Source: Mobula hypostoma (Eukaryota). Taken from it: a DNA stretch of 64,000 nucleotides. This document shows, in pieces, positions 23,093 to 35,534 of the stretch. Position numbers and translations under genes: made by a program. Each line of letters begins with the position of its first letter. Position 1 is the stretch's first letter. Location: NCBI RefSeq assembly GCF_963921235.1, contig NC_086097.1:191334001-191398000 (forward strand), in the 5' to 3' direction. The notes under the pieces were generated by a model. The model had not been told where the DNA came from. It made no database searches and saw only the letters and a program-made list of their open reading frames with translations.

Positions 23093-26000
23093 TTCTCCCT
23101 TCTCCATTTCAACCACTTCTGATTGAGTTATAGTGAGTGTCTTATTAAGGGATAAAGTATTGCCCTGACTGCTGCATGCTTAACTGCTGGGAACTGCATG
23201 ATATGAACTGAACAGACAGTGACTTACTGCTAAATAGTGTGGTGACAGTAAAAAAGAAACATTTGGCATTTCGTAATTTCTCAGACTTATTCAATAGAGT
23301 TTTTCCGGCAAGGGGACAAAATATAGTGCAGCAAAAGAACTACAAAATTTGTAGGTAAGTGTATCTTATAGTCAATGCCAGATTTATCTCAGTTTTTGGG
23401 AACATTGATCATTTGTCAAAGATTTTATCTTCCTTTTCTGGGGTGGCATTCCATGTACCATTTTATAGTACTGTACTATGATGTAAAAGTCCTTTCTCTG
23501 AGATGGGCTTTTGCATCAAGGATTCTACCGATGGCTCCTGGAAATTCCCTTTAATGATCACAGTAGATAACTCAACAATAATTAATTTCTGACTAAACTA
23601 AAAGATATTAAATCTTCAAGAGCAAATAACCATACATCAATAACTAGAGTTTATCAGTGAGATTAAATATGCAGTTATACTTGAATGTGCTAACCCTACT
23701 TTCTCCTGGGTTGTTTAAAAGGCAACTTGTAGGTAAGTATTTTATCCTATTGTCTTTATGTACTTTCATGCCAACAGGTCAATAGGGCCAGACCTTGTGC
23801 AATGCAGCTGTTCGAACTTTCTCGGTGACTTGCTGCTGTACTACCATGGGCATTGTTGGTTCACTATGTTGTTCACTCTATGTGCAGGCCATTAACTTTC
23901 AGAAAATATCTTCAGCTTTTCAATTAGTTTTAATTCATTTACTAATGGGACAAGTGGTTGAAAATAGCTGCTATCTCTTTGTAATAGGTTCATAATTAAA
24001 ACTAAAATGTGTATTTAATGGCTGTCCGTTAGTCTTGATTACCCCAACAGATGTCATAGTTACACTGTTGCCTTGTATGAATTTACAGTATAGATGCTTC
24101 AGAAATGTGATGTATGTACACTTGGGAAAATCAGTGCCAAATGCTCAGGTGAAGTACTAAGTGAGCAGATGTAATCTCTTTTCTAGTCAGTCTAGAGCCA
24201 ATGTTCTGCCTGTTTTGTAAATATTTATTAGTATGAAAAGAGTAAAGAACTAAATAAATCTTGCTGAACTCAAAGAAGATTTAATGTAAAACAGATCACA
24301 TAAAACAATCTTTATGCACAAACTAACTCCTGTTTTAGAAATTGTGTTGGTAGTTTAGCTGTTAAAAATATAATAGTTTTCAACCAAACCCAGATGTAAT
24401 CTATGTCCTCTGCTGGATGATTCTTTAGCACCCTGTTTCATCACACAGATCAAAGCAGCATGGGGCTTGAACACCTCAGCTGGCCAATAGTTGGTATCTA
24501 AGCCCATGGAAAATGAAATAGCTGCCCAGAATGGAATCAATATAGTAGTGCTCATACTATAATGGTCAGCTCAGCTTCAAGGGCCCTCAAGGATACAATC
24601 TTGAGTACTGCCCAATCAAGTCCACAGTATTTCTGTATTTGTAGATGGAGTGCAGGAGCACCAAGAGAGGCAATTAATTCATCAGTTCATGGAACTTGCA
24701 AGATTTGCACCAAATGTAAACAAAATTCTTTCCCTTCATACTTTTACAGATAATCACAAATTTATGTAAAAACACTGATAATATTTTTCCAATTACTTTA
24801 TCTAAACACATTTTAATTTTCACTAGATGCATCATGACTATATTTAGGGCAGTTGGTATACTCCCACTCTAACTTCATCATGTTTATATTTTCAGTGTAG
24901 ATAGATGTATTTTCAGTCTGCCTCTTGACCTCAAGTGCACTAGAGTAAGAAGTGTACAGAAAGGACATGTACATTTCAGATGTTTTAAATTGACAATAAA
25001 TATACAATCAATGCACAAGGCAACCCAGCCATTGTCATTTATTATATATTTAACCCAAAATGAGTTATGGAAAAGCCGTATGCATAATTGAAGTATCCAT
25101 TCATCTTAAAAGTTTGTACAGATCGACCATGTTCCTGAGAGAAGATTAATCAAATTGCATTTATTAATATGACTTAACATCACATTTTTTATATACAGAC
25201 AGGCCATTTAGTCCAACAGATCTGTTTACTGCATGGATTTCCTTCCACCTTTTTCATTTAACTTGTGATTAAGTTATCTTTTATCTACTTGTATTTATGT
25301 AGCCTTCCATTAGTGCATCTTTAGCTCAATGACTTCTAATGGAATTGAGGTCCAGACCCTTCGATCTCTGGAGAGAAGCTTTCTCTGAATTCCCTATTGA
25401 ACTTATTAATCCCCATCTTCTTTTTATGGTCCTTAGTTTAGGTCCTGTGCAAGTGGAAATATCTTCATGAGTCGGTCTTAACAAAAGATTCAAAGTACAT
25501 TTATTATCAAAATAAATATACAGAATACAACTCTGAGTTTCATCCTCCCACAGGTAACCATGAAACAAAGAAACACATCAAACAGCCAACATGCTAAAAA
25601 AGAACAAATTTGCAAATGGCAAAAAGTGAGTGAACAACATAGAATATCAAACATCAAGCCAGGAGTCCAGGAGTATTCAGTTTAATTCAGTTCAGTTCAG
25701 TTCAGTGCTGCACCTCTAGTTGACAGCAGGCCGCAGAGCCAGCCTTCACTGAAGCACCGCAAACCATATTGATCACCCTGATCAAACTGCTCAAAAAGGC
25801 AAAACAAGTAACCAAAATCCAGAAGCACAAGCAACAAACTCTTTTGTTGCCTTTAGGACTATAGATAAACTTTGAATTCCCTTCAGTTTATACTTTGCTG
25901 CAAAGAATAAAAGTTTAAATTTGTAGGATGAACCTCTCACTTCTAGTCTCAGCCACAGCAAATGTTCTGTGCATCTTTCTTAAACTTTGATTTGGCACGA

Positions 26001-27167
26001 GCCCATGATCACGCCATTACCCACCAATCTCGCTGATTAAAGCGCCGAGGAAGATTGAAATCACTGAGGTGAGTGCAGAAGGCAAGGAGAGGAATCTGTG
26101 TGTGTCTCTCTCTCTTCTCTCACTCTTGCTCCCTGCTCCCAGCGGAAGATCCCTGCATTCAGATGGCGTCTCTCTCCTTCGATGCTGTTGGAGCATGCTG
26201 CCGGAGTTCTGGGTCTTGGGCAGGCTTTACTCGATGTGAATTAGACTCTGTGGGTTATGTTATGATGGTTCTTAGTTTCTGGCCACTTTTTTTTTGGTAT
26301 TTTGGGTCATTTTGAATCAGAGCTGCCTGCAGATAAGCACTGAGCTGAAATGAATATGCCTGGACTCCTTCAATTTTGTGTTTTACATTCCGCATTTTTC
26401 ACTCATTTTTTCCCATTTGCATGATTTGTTTTCTTTTGCACATGAGGGGTGGGGTTGATGTTTTTCTTTGAATGGGTTCCATAGTGTTCCTTTGTTTTGT
26501 GGCTGTCTGCGGGAAAGACAAATTTCAGGGTTGTGTACTGTGTACATACTTCAATAATAAATGTAGCTTGAATCTTTAAATCTTTGACTTTATATTATTT
26601 TTATTAAAACATGGACATCACAATTGTCCACAGAACTCTTAATAGTTTATCCAATGTTACATGCAAATTCCAAAATTAAAAACCCAGTGTTTTGTTTTCT
26701 TTTTTCATAGCTTTTCTAAGCTGCATCTTACCAGTGCTCACCATTGTGGAACACTTAATTAACTCTTTGTTACTGATCAGAATATTAGCTTTGACATCCT
26801 TTTATTTCTTTCCTTTTATCCTGTAGAGAGATTGCTCATCATTTTTCCCTGATTCTACATGTTGGGGTCTTTATAATTAATTAATCAATCTAATCAACAG
26901 CTTTCAAAATCACCATTCTTGGAATATTAATTAAGTTGTATGACATTAAATAAATTCACGTCTATTCCATTTATAAATTAAAATGAGACAGAGAGATCAT
27001 TGTACAGGTTGGTAAATGTAAAACTTAAAACCAGAGTATAACAGTTTCATCAATAGATCCAATAGAGTTTTCAAGTGAAACATCCTTTCTGATAGGGTCA
27101 TGATAATGCGACGATGTAGAGACTGATGGATGTGGCACACTTAGAGGAAGACATAATAAAAATGATA

Positions 27168-27965
27168 CAAGTTGAGTACCCCTTATCCAAAATTCCAAAA
27201 TCTGAAAACCTCCAAAATCCACATTTCTTTTGAGCGCTAGCATGATGACACAAATGGAAAATTCCACATGATGCTTGGAAGGTCTCTGCACACCACAGAC
27301 AGCTCTGAGAAGTGACCTTCGATATGTAATGAACAGAAGTTAATAAAAAATAAAGATCTTGATCATCTATCGTCAGTGTCAGAGTGAACTATGCTGCTTA
27401 ATGGTATACTGGTCATAAAAAATGCAAAGATATATCACAATGAACTGAAATTTGAAGGTGTTTGTGAATATTCGGTAGGCTAGTTGCAGAAATTTAAGAA
27501 AAGATACAACATTAAATTTTTAAAATGCCTGTTGATCATGAAAATCTAGCACTTGAACAAGTCTGCAAAGTTGATTGTTTTTGTACCTTACATAAAACGT
27601 AGAAACAAGTAAAATACAAGTACCTTTTAATCAAAACATGACCTTATAGGTGGAGACTGAAAGCCTGCCATTGGTGGCGTTGTTCAACAGCTGATTCGGG
27701 TATTCTCCTGATGCCACTGTGCTGCTTTTGTACCCTTCACACACTATATTTTCATTATATTAGTGGTATGTAATAATTTTTACTGCTGAGTACATATATG
27801 TGATGAACAAGAGTAAGACAGAGACTGCTTACTGGTAGCACTTAAATTCAGAGTCGGAAATGATGGCGATCCCAATCTATCTCATTATTTATTATAAGAT
27901 CCAAAAAAATCCAAAATCTGAAACATTTCAGCTCCAAGCATTTCCGATGAGGGATATTCAACCTG
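27168..27965 (+). mobile_element. Internally deleted Tigger/pogo-type DNA transposon
   Basis: TIRs CAAGTTGAGTACCCCTTATCC / ccgatgagggatattcaacctg with TA at the left end. Transposase remnant G*LQKFKKRYNIKFL at ~27478-27522. Confidence 0.8.
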
Positions 27966-30009
27966 TTTAATACATAAAGTAAGATAATTGGCAAGATGAG
28001 AACAACTTTTCCTGAAGGAAGCTCAATTGGAGTGTGGACACATTTCACTTCTAATGTGGTCTAAACAGGCTTGTTTTTGTGCTGTAATCTTCTTGGACTA
28101 TGACAGTAATAAGAAGAATATCGTGAATATGTTTATGTGTGCACAGCAGGTATCTAATGCAGGATATTGTTAAAAATGCCAATTAGGTTTGAGTATAACT
28201 GAGATCATCCAACTGCTGATATTCATTATATTGCCGGGGCACCAAATTGCAATAGATTGCAAAAGGATCCCGTGGTAGTGAGGGATGCGGAAACACAATA
28301 AGAAAAGATTTCCTTATTTATTAACTGCACATTTGGTCTCAGAACATCTCAAAGTGCTTTGCAGCCAATGGAATACTTTTCAATGACTGAAAGACCACTG
28401 TGATAAAACTTGAAATGCACCAGCCAGTCTACATATCATTAATGGGAAACATTACTAATCAGTTGATCTGCTAATGACATGTTGATTGGTGATAAAATAA
28501 AAGCCAGGAAACACTCCTCTTCTTCAGAATATTGTCATGCAGTCATTCATGGACATCTGAGAAAATAGAAAAGAACTGTATTCATAATTTCATTCAAAAG
28601 ATAGCATAACTGCCATCAGGTAGTTGTTCAATTCACTAAGGATTTTATCTGTCTCTGTCATGGTTCTTGGTCCCATAAATTTAGGACTAAACTGAGAGCA
28701 TTAGAAACAATCAAGCTGCAGACAGGATTGGCAAAACAGGGATAATGTGAAAAATTTGGAAAAACATGGAATATATGTCCTTTTTAGCAGTTCAATAGGA
28801 GACCATGGAAATACATTGGCTCATCACATCCTTCCTTCATTAGCTCCCTTCCTTCAGGTCATGTTGTAACAGCTATCACCCACCCTTGGTTATCCAGTTC
28901 AGATTATTGACTAGAATTGAAAAATCTTCAGTGTGTCTGAATCAGTGCTTTAGCCTATTGAACCATTAGCAGAACACGAGACAGCATGTCTAAATGTTAA
29001 TGAAGAAAACAGAATGAAAAGGAAAGCCAATACATGCTGACAGATTTTACATCAAACCTGTGTTCACGTCTATGTTCATTCTGGAAAAAATATAGCTTGC
29101 ACGCTATCAATAGAAAGGTGGCATTACATTATAGAGTAAGGAATAACTAGTTTAGTCTCCATCTGACAAGTTGAAGAACGTTGTCCAGGCCACTTACAAA
29201 TGGCAAGCAATCATCACTATTTAAAGGGCAGCTTTGTCCTAATATATTATTATGAATAAGCTGAAAGGTCATTTGCTGTTTTTAATCAGCATTGACCATA
29301 CCCATTTGAACACATTGTAGAAAAATTTCAATTATGAGGAAATAATCCAAAATTCTGTGGAAATTATTTTTCTGGTTGCAAACATAGATTACTTTTTTGT
29401 TCAATTTTTTTCTTGTGTACAATTAAAGCAGAAAAAGCTGGAAACAGTAAGTGGATCAGGCGTCCTCTGTGGGGAATAAAAAGAGACCTGAGAGAGTTAA
29501 CAATAATGGGAAATGCTGCTGTAGCTGATAAGACAATGATAATACAGGAAAGGAAAATTATCTCTTGGCTTGGACTCAGTACTTAAGTATGGGACTGTGC
29601 ATGACTCTTACAGGAGAGATTGGTTTTATTTTCACAGATGCTACCTGAGTGCCAAGTGTTCCTAGCATCTCTGTTTTATTGCAGATTTTCAGTATCTATA
29701 ATTATTTTTCATATCTCCTGTATAAATGATCTCCTTTTTTGAATGACATGCTGGGCTGAATATCTTTTTAATCCCCCATCGAAGATGTTGATGCAATGTC
29801 AGAACCCAACAATTGATTGTAAATATTTTCTGCCAGATTCCTACTCTTTTTAGAGCTTTGTTTAATCTTTCAGGTGGAACAATGATCAGATTCTATTTGA
29901 TGCAGCCTTTATTTATGTGACGAGGAACGGTGATGTTTTCCAATCCTTGATACTGTGGAGATTGAATTTGCACTCTCTCAGTAAAACATTGGGAAAATGT
30001 AGCAAGATG

Positions 30010-30605
30010 ATTAGAATATAAAAATAAGGATTAATGCTGAGGCTTTATAAGGCATTTATGCTGCATCATTGGGAGTATTGTGAGCAATTTTGGGCCCCTT
30101 ATTTAAGAAAGGAAGTGTTGACTTTGGAGAGGATTCAAAGGAGGTTCACAAAAATGATTCTGGGAATGAAAGGTTCTGGGCTTGTACTCCCTGGAAGTTA
30201 GAAGAATGGGGGCGGGGGGCAGGTGAGTCTTATTGAAACCAATTGAATGTTGAAAAGCCTAGATAGAGTGGATGTGAAGAGGATGTTTCCTTTGGTGGGG
30301 GAGTCTAGGGCCAGAGGGCCACAACCTCTAGGACCAGGACCAACCTAGAATGGAGATGAGGAGGAATTCCTTTAGCCAGAGAGTGATTAATCTAAAGAAT
30401 TCATTACCACAGGTGTCTGTGGAGGCCAAGTAATTTGGTGTGTTTAGGGCAGAGGTTGAGAGGTTCTTGATTATTCAGGGTATGAAAGAGGAGAAGGCAG
30501 GAGAATGGGGTTGAGAGGAAAATGGATCAGGCATGATAAAATGGTGGAGCAGACTCAATGGGCCGAATTGCCTAATTCTGCTCCTATGGCTTATGTTCTT
30601 ATGGT
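30010..30605 (+). mobile_element. CR1 3' fragment
   Basis: MLRLYKA..EYCEQFWAPYLRK remnants and a cttatg tail. Confidence 0.85.
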
Positions 30606-30879
30606 GAATTCATCCAATGACAGGACTACTGTATATTGACAAGTACAGAAATGAGTGGGAGAATATTAACCTACATAATGCTTGACTACTACAGGGAAAT
30701 CCAACATGCTACTTTAGGAGAGGAAAGGAAGGTATCACCAGTAAATCCTGAGTAGCATCATATACTGATGGGAATGCCCTATAAGCTATTTTGCAGCAAA
30801 CCTCTTCAAAAAAATATCAATTGCATTGTCATAGTATTGCATGAAAAATGGCAAGTCTGGTAATTAGGTAGCCTATTTG

Positions 30880-31733
30880 CAGACATCCCACCTCTCCCGG
30901 AAGTTCCGGGAGTCTCCTGCATATTAATAGTGGCTCCCTGATGCCCGCAAATTATATACAATGTCCCGGAAATTGATCTTTTTAAGAGCAAGCGTGAGAG
31001 AACACGCAAGAAAGAGCGAGAGAGTGAGTGCAAGAGCAAGAAAGCAAGTGTGAGACAGCGAGCGCAAGTGAGAGAAAGCAAGAGCGAGCGAGAGTGCGAT
31101 AGAGCGAGAGAAAGAGCAACCACGAGAGAGAGCGAGAGCACGAGCGAGAAAGCAAGCGCGAGAGAGAGCGACCACAAGAGAGAGAGAGAGCACGAGAGCA
31201 AGAAAGCAAGCGCAAGTGAGAGCGACCACGAGAGAGAGAGATCGCGAGAGCGAGAGCAAGAAAGCAAGCGTGAGAGAGCAAGCGCGAGCAAGCTACCATG
31301 AGAGAGAGCGCGAGAGCAAGAGCGAGAAATCAAGCACGCGCGAGAGAGAGAGCGAGAGCAAGAGCGAGAGAGTTCCAAAAAAAGTCAGAGTGGCAGAGTG
31401 TTCCAAAAAAAGAAAATATAAACCATACGTCACCCCAGACTACACTAAAGTGTACCCCTGCCTAATAGGGGTCAAAAATAATGACAGTGTTGCTCGCTGC
31501 ACTGTTTGCAACAGTGACTTTTCTATTGCCCATGGTGGGTTAAGACTGTAAAAGACATGTTGAGGTGAGTTTAACAGGTGTCATTTGTTCATTAGCATAG
31601 CTAATGTTATTTAAACTAGCTGGCTAGCTGCTAAGGAGCTACTCTATTGCAGACATCCCACCTCTCCCGGAAGTCTCCGGCAAATTGATGATGCTACCTC
31701 CCTGAAATTAGTTTTTGCAGGGTGGGACGTCTG
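30880..31733 (+). mobile_element. Non-autonomous hAT-like DNA transposon
   Basis: TIRs CAGACATCCCACC / GGTGGGACGTCTG. Flanks CCTATTTG / CC-ATTTG resemble an 8-bp TSD. BED-finger-like remnant ARCTVCNSDFSIAHGG. Confidence 0.8.
30984..31371. repeat. Degenerate GA/GC-rich simple repeat inside the hAT-like element
   Basis: Mosaic of gcgagagcaa, gaaagcaa and gagaga units with almost no T on the + strand. Confidence 0.9.
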
Positions 31734-32413
31734 CCATTTGTTTAACCTGCCAAAGTTTCAATCCAACCTTAGTGTTAATCTGAAAATGAAGCTAGAACTT
31801 CTCTGCACAGGAACCGTCCCACCAGTTAGTATGGACATCAGAGGGCTTCCACAGGCGAGGGTAACTAACAGCGAGCTGAAGTCTAAAACCTGGCTGGCAA
31901 CACTCTACAGTGTAGAATGGATCCCAGCTGGCAGTATTAAACTCATTATATTCTGGAAGTGTTAAACTAGGCTTTCAACAGCATAATCCATGGAAATTAA
32001 TTTCAAAAGCAGAGTATAACTTGCAGCTTCTACTGTGAAGCAGATTTAGTACTTCCCATCAGAGATATTTTATTTTGGCATTTGTTCCTTATTTTTTCTT
32101 ATTCTTTTACTTGTTTTATTTGTCTCAATCTCTACCCCCAAGAGTTTGTTTCTAAAAGAAAACATGTGTTTGTTTTCGTTTCATCTCTCCGGTAATTATT
32201 TCAGCTTTTACCTTACTCCAGTGTGCTTCTTAAAATTTACTTCTACTGTCTAGATAGTTACTTCTTCATGTCTTATTCCATTGGGGTTTTTTGAAATCTC
32301 TTACTATGTGCTTATTTCCCCATTGGTTTAAAATGTCTGTGTATTGAAAGTTGTTTGAAATGACAGCTACAGTTCTTTTTAAGGGCTCATTCCTTGATCG
32401 ACTGTAATTTCAT

Positions 32414-32841
32414 TTGGGGAACCACCAACCTGATGGTATGAACATTAGAATTTGTCCTTCTTCCCCTTTCTCTCTTTCTCCATTCTCCATACTGGCTCAC
32501 TTCTTACCTATTCTCTTCTTCTCACCTGCCCATCACCTCCCTCTGGTGCCCCTCATCCTTCCCTTCTCTCATGGTCCATTCTCCTCTACTATCAGATACT
32601 TGCTTCTACAGCCCTTTACTATTTCCACCTATCACCTCCCAGCTTCTCACTTCATCCCCCATCCCTGGCTACGTCTATCACCTGCCAGCTTGTACTCCTT
32701 TCCCTCCCTCCTCCTTCTTATTCTTGCCTCTTCTCCCTTTCTTTCCAATCCTGATGAAGGCCTCAGCCCAAAGCTCTGACTGTTTATTCCTCCCCGTAGA
32801 TGGTGACTGAGTTCCTCCAGCATACTATGTGTGTTACTCTT
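32414..32841 (+). mobile_element. Penelope-like element 3' end with degenerate hammerhead motif
   Basis: LGNHQPDGMNI resembles the Penelope GIY-YIG ORF end. It is followed by a CT-rich UTR, CTGATGA at 32751 and the ctgagttcctccagca terminus. Confidence 0.75.
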
Positions 32842-33528
32842 GACTGAAATTCTGTTCAGCTTCCTGGTGCTGCTTGCAACTTGATAATAGCAGCCTGTAG
32901 AAAACAAAGTCAAAGGAAAATTAATCAAACTAAAGCCTAAAAAAGAATTTTTTTTAAAGATTAAAAATCAATTAGCAAAGTACAATGGAAGATGGATAGA
33001 GGTAGAATGAGGAAGAGAAGTAGAAAATAAAATGAAAGAACAAGAAATAAGGGTGCTGCATGAAATTGAAAATCAGAGCTGTGCAAGGACTGAAATGCAA
33101 GAGAACAGCAAACTTCTGAAGGAAGAGAAGACTGAGCTAAAAGGTTAATGAGGCACACAAAAGGCAAAGAGCTTGTGGTGGAATTCAGGAAAAAAGATAT
33201 TGCTAATCTCCTAGCAGATGGATTTGATAGTTTATATTGAGGAAGAATGTTTTGACCTGGTTTGGATGTTGGCATTCAGGTTGGAAAGTTCAGTATTTTT
33301 CCATTACCTGACCAATACTTTTACTTTTTCATTTCATGGGGTAAGAGATATTTTGCAAACATTTAATTAACAAACTAACCCAAGAAACCACAACTCCTTC
33401 ATCAGGTAGCAAGCACTTGATTTGCAATATCATTCAAATTATTTTCTAGTAGCATGGAAGCAATAACAAAGATGAGTATTGATTTTTTTTCTCATAAACT
33501 TCTAGCTGTAAATATAATCTTATTGCTA

Positions 33529-33987
33529 AGGCTGGGGGAGGTAATTGGGATAAGCTCCTACTACCTATTAAATGTTCCCAAATGCGTACATCTCAAATTG
33601 CCTCTGACAACCAAGTGCAGCTCCTGGCCTTCATGGCTGAGCTACTAAGCCCAGTGGAACCATTTTTACTGACAGGAGAAGGGGCAAGAGCGGGTTACTG
33701 GAGCTGTAAAACCAGTCACTTCAGGCAGATGGGGCTCATTGGCTGTGGTTGGCAGCTTATCTCGGAAAAGGAAAACTCTGGTCTCAAACCTCCACTGCCT
33801 TGCAGCTATACCCACTCATGGAGAAGGCTTTGGGAGTAAACCCTGAGGGGAAAAATCCAGAGCCTGAGTCCCTAAGACAGTATCTTGCTCTTGCTTTCCT
33901 ACTGCCCCGGCTTAAATTCTGGTTAATCTATCATGTAGGCAGTTGAGACACAATATCCATGGTCCACCCCAACCAATGGAGAGCTCA
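33529..33987 (+). mobile_element. Non-autonomous RTE-derived element (AviRTE-like 5' UTR + short 3' end)
   Basis: Recalled similarity to RTE 5' UTRs (cctctgacaaccaagt..agctcctggccttca...ggaaaactctg.tctcaaacctcc). GC-richer than the flanks; no RT ORF. Confidence 0.55.
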
Positions 33988-34649
33988 AGAAAATACAACA
34001 CCCATTGGTTCTATTCAATTCAACCATGAGACTATGAACAATATAGATTATTTTTATTAAAACTTTGGATATCTTCGGATAATGTTTATGACAAATTGCC
34101 ACAAATATGCATTGAAATTAAAGACTGTAAGAATTGTTTCCTCTAAGCTGTGTGGGCACGTAGCCGTGTAGTAACTGAATTGCTCCCACACACATAGCCT
34201 TTGTTGCCATGCAGAAATTTTATCATATAATGTGCATATAATTTTGAAATCACTGCTAATATAATTGTGAAATAACTTGTTATTAATTATGAGTAAATGA
34301 ATATAATCCATAAAATTTCTAAACATACCACAACATTTACTTTGAAACATTTTAGATCTTCAACAAATTTACATTGTCAGTCTTTCAAGTTAAAACACTG
34401 TTACAAATTGTAACAGTATACACAGAATGGAAGTTGGTAGCTCATTGTTAATAAACTGCCGGCCCGCTCTTCAGCAAGTCAAAACATTTTTCTAGTCAAA
34501 ACATTGTATTTTTGCCATTGTTCCCATCAGTTGTTTTAACTTCTTGACATTATTTACTTGTGTTGTCAGTTGGGTGTTGTGTTTGTTTGATGTGAAAAAT
34601 TTCATATTCTGACTGCTTTTGCTAAGTAAGCCTTTCAAAAAAATCATAT

Positions 34650-35532
34650 ATTCTCTGTATACCCATGACTGTATCACCACCCACAGCTCCAATCTACTAA
34701 TTAAATTTGCAGATAATACTACATTGATTGGCATTATCTCCACTAACAATGAGCCAGCCTACAGAGGAGTCATCACCCTGACACAATGGTGTCAAGAAAA
34801 CAACCTCTCCCTCAATGTTGCAAAAACAAAGGAGCTGGTTGTGGACTACAGGAGGAAAGGAGACAGGCTAACCCCTATTGACACCAATGGATCTGGGGTT
34901 GAGAGGGTGAACAGTTTTAAGTTCTTCGGAATACACATCACCAAGGACCTCACATGGTCTGTATATACAGGCTGTGTGGTGAAAAAAGGACAACAGCATT
35001 GTTGAAGAAGGTCGGTATGAGTCCCCAGATACTAATTGAGAGCATGCTGTCTGGCTGTATCACTACCTGGTATGGTAACTGGACTTCCCTCAATTGCAGG
35101 AGTCTGCAGAGAGTGGTGTGGACAGCCCAGCACATCTGTGGATGTGAACTTGCTACTAATCATTTACAGTGACAGGTGCATAAAAACGAGCTGAAGGATC
35201 CTTGGGGACCCGAATCACTCCAACCACAAACTGTTCCAGCTTCTACCATCCAGGAAACGGTATCGCAGCATTAAAGCCAGGACCAACATGCTCCGGAACA
35301 GCTTCTTCCATCCAGCCATCAGGTTGATTAATTCAAGTAGATACAATTGTAAGTTATTGCAAGCTAATTGTATAACTAAACTATATTTACTATTCTGTTG
35401 TATATCTTACTCTACATATGATTTATTAGAAATTACAATAAATTGCACATTACACATTCAGACGGAGATGTAACATAAAGATTTTTACTCCTCATGTATG
35501 CAAAAGATGCAAGAAATAAAGTCAATTCAATT
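34650..35532 (+). mobile_element. Rex1/Babar-type LINE 3' part
   Basis: YSLYTHDC...[29 protein letters not shown] and IESMLSGCITTWYG, then AATAAA and a caatt tail. Confidence 0.88.
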
Positions 35533-35534
35533 CT

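Noticed and set aside
30806..31378. Long Ser/Arg/Leu-rich ORFs on both strands
   Set aside because: They are translations of the GA-rich simple repeat.
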